A stretch of DNA of 64,000 bases, taken from Escherichia coli O127:H6 str. E2348/69. Its GTDB lineage: Bacteria > Pseudomonadota > Gammaproteobacteria > Enterobacterales > Enterobacteriaceae. Position numbers and translations under genes: made by a program. Below the pieces are notes generated by a model, which made no database searches, was not told the origin of the DNA, and worked only from the letters and a program-made list of their open reading frames with translations. The stretch is from assembly GCF_000026545.1 (NCBI RefSeq), contig NC_011601.1. The stretch is one strand, 5' to 3'. Position 1 is the stretch's first letter, and each line of letters opens with the position of its first letter. Positions 58,645 to 64,000 of this stretch are shown one piece after another.

Positions 58645-59340
58645 GTGAGCGAAATTAAAGACGTTATTGTTCAGGGGTTGTGGAAAAACAACTCTGCGCT
58701 GGTCCAGCTGCTCGGCCTTTGTCCTCTGTTGGCGGTCACGTCCACTGCCACTAACGCTCTGGGTTTAGGACTTGCGACTACGCTGGTACTGACGCTAACC
58801 AACCTGACCATTTCGACGCTGCGTCACTGGACACCCGCCGAGATCCGCATTCCCATTTACGTGATGATCATCGCCTCGGTGGTCAGCGCTGTACAGATGC
58901 TGATCAACGCCTACGCCTTTGGCCTGTATCAATCATTAGGGATTTTTATTCCGCTGATTGTCACTAACTGTATCGTTGTGGGCCGCGCTGAAGCCTTCGC
59001 CGCCAAAAAAGGTCCGGCGCTTTCGGCACTGGACGGCTTTTCAATTGGTATGGGCGCAACCTGCGCCATGTTCGTGCTGGGTTCACTACGCGAAATTATC
59101 GGCAATGGCACGTTGTTTGACGGTGCAGATGCGCTGTTAGGTAGCTGGGCAAAAGTATTACGCGTGGAGATTTTCCACACCGACTCCCCTTTCCTGCTGG
59201 CGATGCTGCCACCAGGTGCATTTATTGGCCTGGGACTGATGCTGGCAGGAAAATACCTGATTGATGAAAAAATGAAAAAGCGCCGTACTGAAGCAGCTGC
59301 CGAACGTGCATTGCCAAACGGTGAAACAGGGAATGTCTGA
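58645..59340 (+). CDS. rsxE: Rsx/Rnf electron transport complex subunit E
   Basis: ORF 58645..59340 (231 aa). Confidence 0.95.
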   Translation: MSEIKDVIVQGLWKNNSALVQLLGLCPLLAVTSTATNALGLGLATTLVLTLTNLTISTLRHWTPAEIRIPIYVMIIASVVSAVQMLINAYAFGLYQSLGIFIPLIVTNCIVVGRAEAFAAKKGPALSALDGFSIGMGATCAMFVLGSLREIIGNGTLFDGADALLGSWAKVLRVEIFHTDSPFLLAMLPPGAFIGLGLMLAGKYLIDEKMKKRRTEAAAERALPNGETGNV

Positions 59341-59975
59341 TGAACAAAGCAAAACGCCTGGAGATCCTCACTCGCCTGCGTGAGAACAATCCTCATCCCA
59401 CCACCGAGCTTAATTTCAGTTCGCCTTTTGAATTGCTGATTGCCGTACTGCTTTCCGCTCAGGCGACCGATGTCAGTGTTAATAAGGCGACGGCGAAACT
59501 CTACCCGGTGGCTAATACGCCTGCAGCGATGCTTGAACTGGGCGTTGAAGGGGTGAAAACCTATATCAAAACGATTGGCCTTTATAACAGCAAAGCAGAA
59601 AATATCATCAAAACCTGCCGTATCTTACTGGAACAACATAATGGCGAGGTTCCGGAAGATCGTGCTGCGCTTGAAGCCCTGCCTGGTGTAGGTCGTAAAA
59701 CAGCCAACGTCGTATTAAACACTGCATTCGGCTGGCCGACTATTGCTGTCGACACGCACATTTTCCGCGTTTGCAATCGTACTCAATTTGCGCCGGGGAA
59801 AAACGTCGAACAGGTAGAAGAAAAGCTACTGAAAGTGGTTCCGGCAGAGTTTAAAGTCGACTGCCACCATTGGTTGATCCTGCACGGGCGTTATACCTGC
59901 ATTGCCCGCAAGCCTCGCTGTGGCTCTTGTATTATTGAAGATCTTTGTGAATACAAAGAGAAAGTTGACATCTAA
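59340..59975 (+). CDS. nth: endonuclease III (DNA glycosylase/AP lyase)
   Basis: ORF 59340..59975 (211 aa); start overlaps rsxE stop (TGATG); HhH motif and C-terminal 4Fe-4S Cys cluster. Confidence 0.95.
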   Translation: MNKAKRLEILTRLRENNPHPTTELNFSSPFELLIAVLLSAQATDVSVNKATAKLYPVANTPAAMLELGVEGVKTYIKTIGLYNSKAENIIKTCRILLEQHNGEVPEDRAALEALPGVGRKTANVVLNTAFGWPTIAVDTHIFRVCNRTQFAPGKNVEQVEEKLLKVVPAEFKVDCHHWLILHGRYTCIARKPRCGSCIIEDLCEYKEKVDI

Positions 59976-59981
59976 AGATCA

Positions 59982-60015
59982 GGGGTAACACCGATTACCC
60001 CATTCATAACCTTTC
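59982..60015 (+). terminator. terminator-like hairpin after nth (stem GGGGTAA/TTACCCC)
   Basis: 7-bp stem, 6-nt loop, followed by moderately U-rich tract; 7 nt after nth stop. Confidence 0.45.
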
Positions 60016-60585
60016 TTTATCCTCTTTTAAAACATCTTTTTAACGTCAATGATGCCATTGCTTAGCGTTATCATCAGGTAATCCGTTTGCAGATAACCAA
60101 AAATGCAGGTTAATTGTTTTTTTAATAGCGAAATTTTCTATTCATTCGTGATCAAGATCACGATGCTGTGGCAATGTAAAAACATTGCAAGAATCAGGTT
60201 AAAATCATTTAAATTTACACACGCAACAAATATTGACCTACAAAACATTACACTGGCTATTTTTCAGAAACTGGACTATCTCACTAGGAAAAACGCCAAA
60301 TAGTAGAACATATCGCCATTGAGCCATCATCACCCTCTCAGGGTAGTGAAAAAATCTGCCGTTACGTTTTTTGAAAAATTTAACGCTGGATAACATTTCC
60401 CGGAATGGTTGAATTCCCCGCCTCAGTTATATGTAACAGATTATTACAAAGGACTTGTCTGAAAGTGCAAGATAGTGAACATTACCTGCCGTTTCCCCTC
60501 CCACTATAACAATTGCGCGTATGTTTTTTAGGCATAACGCGAGAAAGCACCCCCGTTAATATGGGATGTAAAAAAAGAGGTAAAA

Positions 60586-62088
60586 GTGTCCACTGCAAAC
60601 CAAAAACCAACTGAAAGCGTCAGTTTGAACGCTTTCAAACAACCGAAGGCGTTCTATCTCATCTTCTCGATTGAGTTATGGGAACGTTTTGGTTATTACG
60701 GCCTACAAGGAATTATGGCTGTTTACCTGGTTAAACAACTGGGTATGTCTGAAGCGGATTCAATCACCCTTTTCTCTTCCTTTAGTGCCCTGGTTTATGG
60801 TCTGGTCGCTATCGGCGGCTGGTTAGGTGACAAGGTACTGGGTACTAAACGCGTAATTATGCTTGGCGCTATTGTGCTGGCGATTGGTTATGCTCTGGTT
60901 GCCTGGTCTGGTCACGACGCCGGTATCGTTTATATGGGTATGGCGGCTATTGCGGTCGGTAACGGCCTGTTTAAAGCTAACCCGTCTTCTCTGCTTTCTA
61001 CATGCTATGAGAAAAACGACCCGCGTCTGGACGGTGCATTCACCATGTACTACATGTCCGTCAACATCGGCTCTTTCTTCTCTATGATCGCCACCCCGTG
61101 GCTGGCCGCGAAATACGGCTGGAGTGTTGCGTTTGCGTTGAGCGTTGTAGGCCTGCTGATCACTATCGTTAACTTCGCCTTCTGCCAACGCTGGGTTAAA
61201 CAGTACGGTTCAAAACCAGACTTCGAGCCTATCAACTACCGTAACCTGCTGCTGACCATTATTGGTGTTGTGGCACTGATCGCTATCGCCACCTGGCTGC
61301 TGCACAATCAGGAAGTTGCGCGTATGGCGCTGGGCGTTGTTGCATTCGGTATTGTGGTTATCTTCGGTAAAGAAGCTTTCGCGATGAAAGGTGCTGCGCG
61401 TCGTAAAATGATCGTTGCCTTCATCCTGATGCTCGAAGCCATTATCTTCTTCGTGCTTTATAGCCAGATGCCAACGTCACTGAACTTCTTTGCGATTCGT
61501 AACGTTGAACACACCATTCTGGGCCTGGCCGTAGAACCTGAGCAGTATCAGGCACTGAACCCGTTCTGGATCATCATTGGTAGCCCGATTCTGGCCGCTA
61601 TCTATAACAAGATGGGCGATACCCTGCCAATGCCAACCAAGTTTGCTATCGGCATGGTGATGTGTTCTGGTGCGTTCCTGATTCTGCCGCTGGGTGCGAA
61701 ATTCGCGTCTGACGCTGGTATCGTGTCTGTAAGCTGGCTGGTCGCGAGCTATGGCCTGCAGAGTATCGGGGAACTGATGATCTCTGGCCTGGGTCTGGCA
61801 ATGGTTGCACAACTCGTTCCGCAGCGTCTGATGGGCTTCATTATGGGTAGCTGGTTCCTGACCACTGCCGGTGCAAACCTGATTGGTGGTTATGTTGCAG
61901 GTATGATGGCTGTGCCGGATAACGTTACCGATCCGCTGATGTCACTGGAAGTCTATGGTCGCGTATTCTTGCAGATTGGTGTCGCTACTGCCGTTATTGC
62001 AGTACTGATGCTGTTTACCGCGCCGAAACTGCACCGCATGACGCAGGATGACGCTGCAGACAAAGCGGCGAAAGCAGCCGTAGCGTAA
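60586..62088 (+). CDS. dtpA: proton-dependent di/tripeptide permease (POT family)
   Basis: ORF 60586..62088 (500 aa), GTG start with AGAGG RBS; recognised as DtpA (TppB/YdgR). Confidence 0.95.
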
Positions 62089-62193
62089 AATTCAGGGAAA
62101 CTCTTTTACAAGCCGCTAACTTTTCGTTAGCGGCTTTTTTTTTGTTCAGCAACGCACTACCATACTTTAAACCACAGACAAAAGGAGTTACCG

Positions 62194-62799
62194 ATGAAAT
62201 TGTTCTACAAACCGGGCGCCTGCTCTCTCGCTTCCCATATCACCCTGCGTGAGAGCGGAAAGGATTTTACGCTCGTCAGTGTGGATTTAATGAAAAAACG
62301 TCTCGAAAACGGTGACGATTACTTTGCCGTTAACCCTAAGGGACAGGTACCTGCATTGCTGCTGGACGATGGTACTTTGCTGACGGAAGGCGTAGCGATT
62401 ATGCAGTATCTTGCCGACAGCGTCCCCGACCGCCAGTTGCTGGCACCGGTAAACAGTATTTCCCGCTATAAAACCATCGAATGGCTGAATTACATCGCCA
62501 CCGAGCTGCATAAAGGTTTCACACCTCTGTTTCGCCCTGATACACCGGAAGAGTACAAATCGACAGTTCGCGCGCAGCTGGAGAAGAAGCTGCAATATGT
62601 GAACGAGGCACTGAAGGATGAGCATTGGATCTGCGGGCAACGATTTACAATTGCTGATGCCTATCTGTTTACGGTTCTGCGCTGGGCATACGCGGTGAAA
62701 CTGAATCTGGAAGGGTTAGAGCACATTGCGGCATTTATGCAACGTATGGCTGAACGTCCGGAAGTACAAGACGCGCTGTCAGCGGAAGGCTTAAAGTAA
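62194..62799 (+). CDS. gstA: glutathione S-transferase
   Basis: ORF 62194..62799 (201 aa); recognised as GstA. Confidence 0.95.
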   Translation: MKLFYKPGACSLASHITLRESGKDFTLVSVDLMKKRLENGDDYFAVNPKGQVPALLLDDGTLLTEGVAIMQYLADSVPDRQLLAPVNSISRYKTIEWLNYIATELHKGFTPLFRPDTPEEYKSTVRAQLEKKLQYVNEALKDEHWICGQRFTIADAYLFTVLRWAYAVKLNLEGLEHIAAFMQRMAERPEVQDALSAEGLK

Positions 62800-62842
62800 T
62801 AGCCATCGGCCCACAGGTCGTTGTGGGCCGAAATGAGATATT

Positions 62843-63706
62843 TCAGAGCTTTGTTGCGCTGAAATAATGTTCTGGATTGGCAATACGATCCTGAGCAGCA
62901 ACCACTTGCAGCTCATATTCCTGCATTGCTTTTGTGGTCACCATGATTTCGTATACTGCAGCGGTCACATGTTCCAGGGCCTCCTGCAGCGTTGCCCCCT
63001 GAAGCAGTTTCACCAGCAGTAAACCGCTCGTCACATCACCAACACCTACCGGCTGGCGCATACCAAAATCCACCAGCGGACGGCTGATATGCCAGGCTTC
63101 ATCGGTGGTGACTAGCAGCATTTCAAAACGGTCACGGCTGTAGCCAGCTCGCGCCAGGTGTTTAACCAACACAATTTGTGGCCCTTGCGCAATGAGTTCG
63201 CGCGCTGCCAGAACCGCTTCTTCGACGTTATTTACCGGATGCTCACAGAGTATTTCCAGCTCAACCAGATTCGGCGCAATGATATCGCTGGCAGGCAAAC
63301 CGTGCCGCACATGAAACTCTGCGACACCCGGTGCAACGATACAGCCTTTTTCCGGATGACCCATTACCGGATCGCAAAAATATTTCGCCTGTGGATTCGC
63401 TGCTTTCACCTGACGAACGATACCGAGGATATGTTCACCCTGCTCCGCCGATCCCAGATAGCCACTTAATACGGCATCACAGGTGTGTAATTTATCAATG
63501 GCGGCAATGCCTTGCACAATTTCGGTTAAATGGCTGGGCGGCATCACGCAACCGGTCCATTTGCCGTATTGGGTGTGATTAGAAAATTGAACGGTGTTCA
63601 GCGGCCAGACGTTCGCGCCCAGGCGGCGCATCGGAAACTCTGCCGCACTGTTACCCGCATGACCATAAACAACGTGAGACTGGATAGCGAGAATATTTTT
63701 CATCAT
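62843..63706 (-). CDS. pdxY: pyridoxal kinase 2
   Basis: ORF 62843..63706 (287 aa); recognised as PdxY. Confidence 0.95.
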   Translation of the reverse strand: MMKNILAIQSHVVYGHAGNSAAEFPMRRLGANVWPLNTVQFSNHTQYGKWTGCVMPPSHLTEIVQGIAAIDKLHTCDAVLSGYLGSAEQGEHILGIVRQVKAANPQAKYFCDPVMGHPEKGCIVAPGVAEFHVRHGLPASDIIAPNLVELEILCEHPVNNVEEAVLAARELIAQGPQIVLVKHLARAGYSRDRFEMLLVTTDEAWHISRPLVDFGMRQPVGVGDVTSGLLLVKLLQGATLQEALEHVTAAVYEIMVTTKAMQEYELQVVAAQDRIANPEHYFSATKL

Positions 63707-63764
63707 GTTCCCTGTATAAAAACCAGGGGGAGTGATTTCTCACTCCCCCTTTCCACTTAATGCA

Positions 63765-64000
63765 TTATTTCCAGCAAATCAGACAGTAATTCTTTTTGCC
63801 GCGACGCAGTAAGGTAAAACGACCAAACAGACGATCTTCTTCTTTAAAGAAGTATTCAGGATCGGACTGTTTTTCACCGTTAATGGTGATGGCATTGGAG
63901 GCGATAGTTTTACGCGCCTGACCACGGGAAGGTTGCAGTTCAGAATCGACCAGCGCCTGCATCAGGTCTGCGCCCTTTTCCATCTCAACCATCGGTACGC
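63765..64000 (-). CDS. tyrS: tyrosine--tRNA ligase, C-terminal part only (5' end lies beyond window)
   Basis: ORF 63765..63992 encodes the S4-like C-terminal domain of TyrS; frame stays open to the window edge; upstream of pdxY as in E. coli. Confidence 0.85.

Noticed and set aside
60103-60303. 66-aa ORF in nth-dtpA intergenic region
   Set aside because: AT-rich promoter region, no convincing RBS, low-complexity product; more likely regulatory DNA for dtpA

Overview
This window reads as a contiguous, collinear segment of an Escherichia coli chromosome from the terminus-proximal region (rspB-rspA ... pdxY-tyrS, including TerB-tus). I recognise about 60 protein-coding genes from the ORF translations, all matching the E. 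coli K-12 gene order; identifications are from memory of E. coli proteins and synteny, not from a database search. Main units: ynfEFGH-dmsD (Tat-exported molybdoenzyme paralogs), clcB, mlc, ynfL/ynfM, asr-ydgU, mdtJI, tqsA, pntAB, rstAB, TerB-tus, fumC/fumA, manA, the uidR-uidABC glucuronide locus, malI/malXY, add, the rsxABCDGE-nth operon, dtpA, gstA, pdxY and the 3' end of tyrS. I found no rRNA, tRNA or CRISPR array. I did not find a novel multi-gene system. What departs from the K-12 layout as I remember it are three strain-level lesions: an IS200-family insertion between add and ydgJ, an in-frame TGA stop inside uidC, and a frameshift in ynfK. Secondary observations are the 96-bp in-frame tandem repeat array in rsxC, a TerB site with one base different from the sequence I recall, and a few candidate regulator sites (RstA box at asr, FNR-like site at ynfE, MalI operators, CRP-like palindrome before dtpA). 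Coordinates of CDS come from the ORF track, with starts adjusted to internal start codons where the known protein is shorter; coordinates of hairpins and sites were read by eye and may be off by 1-2 nt.
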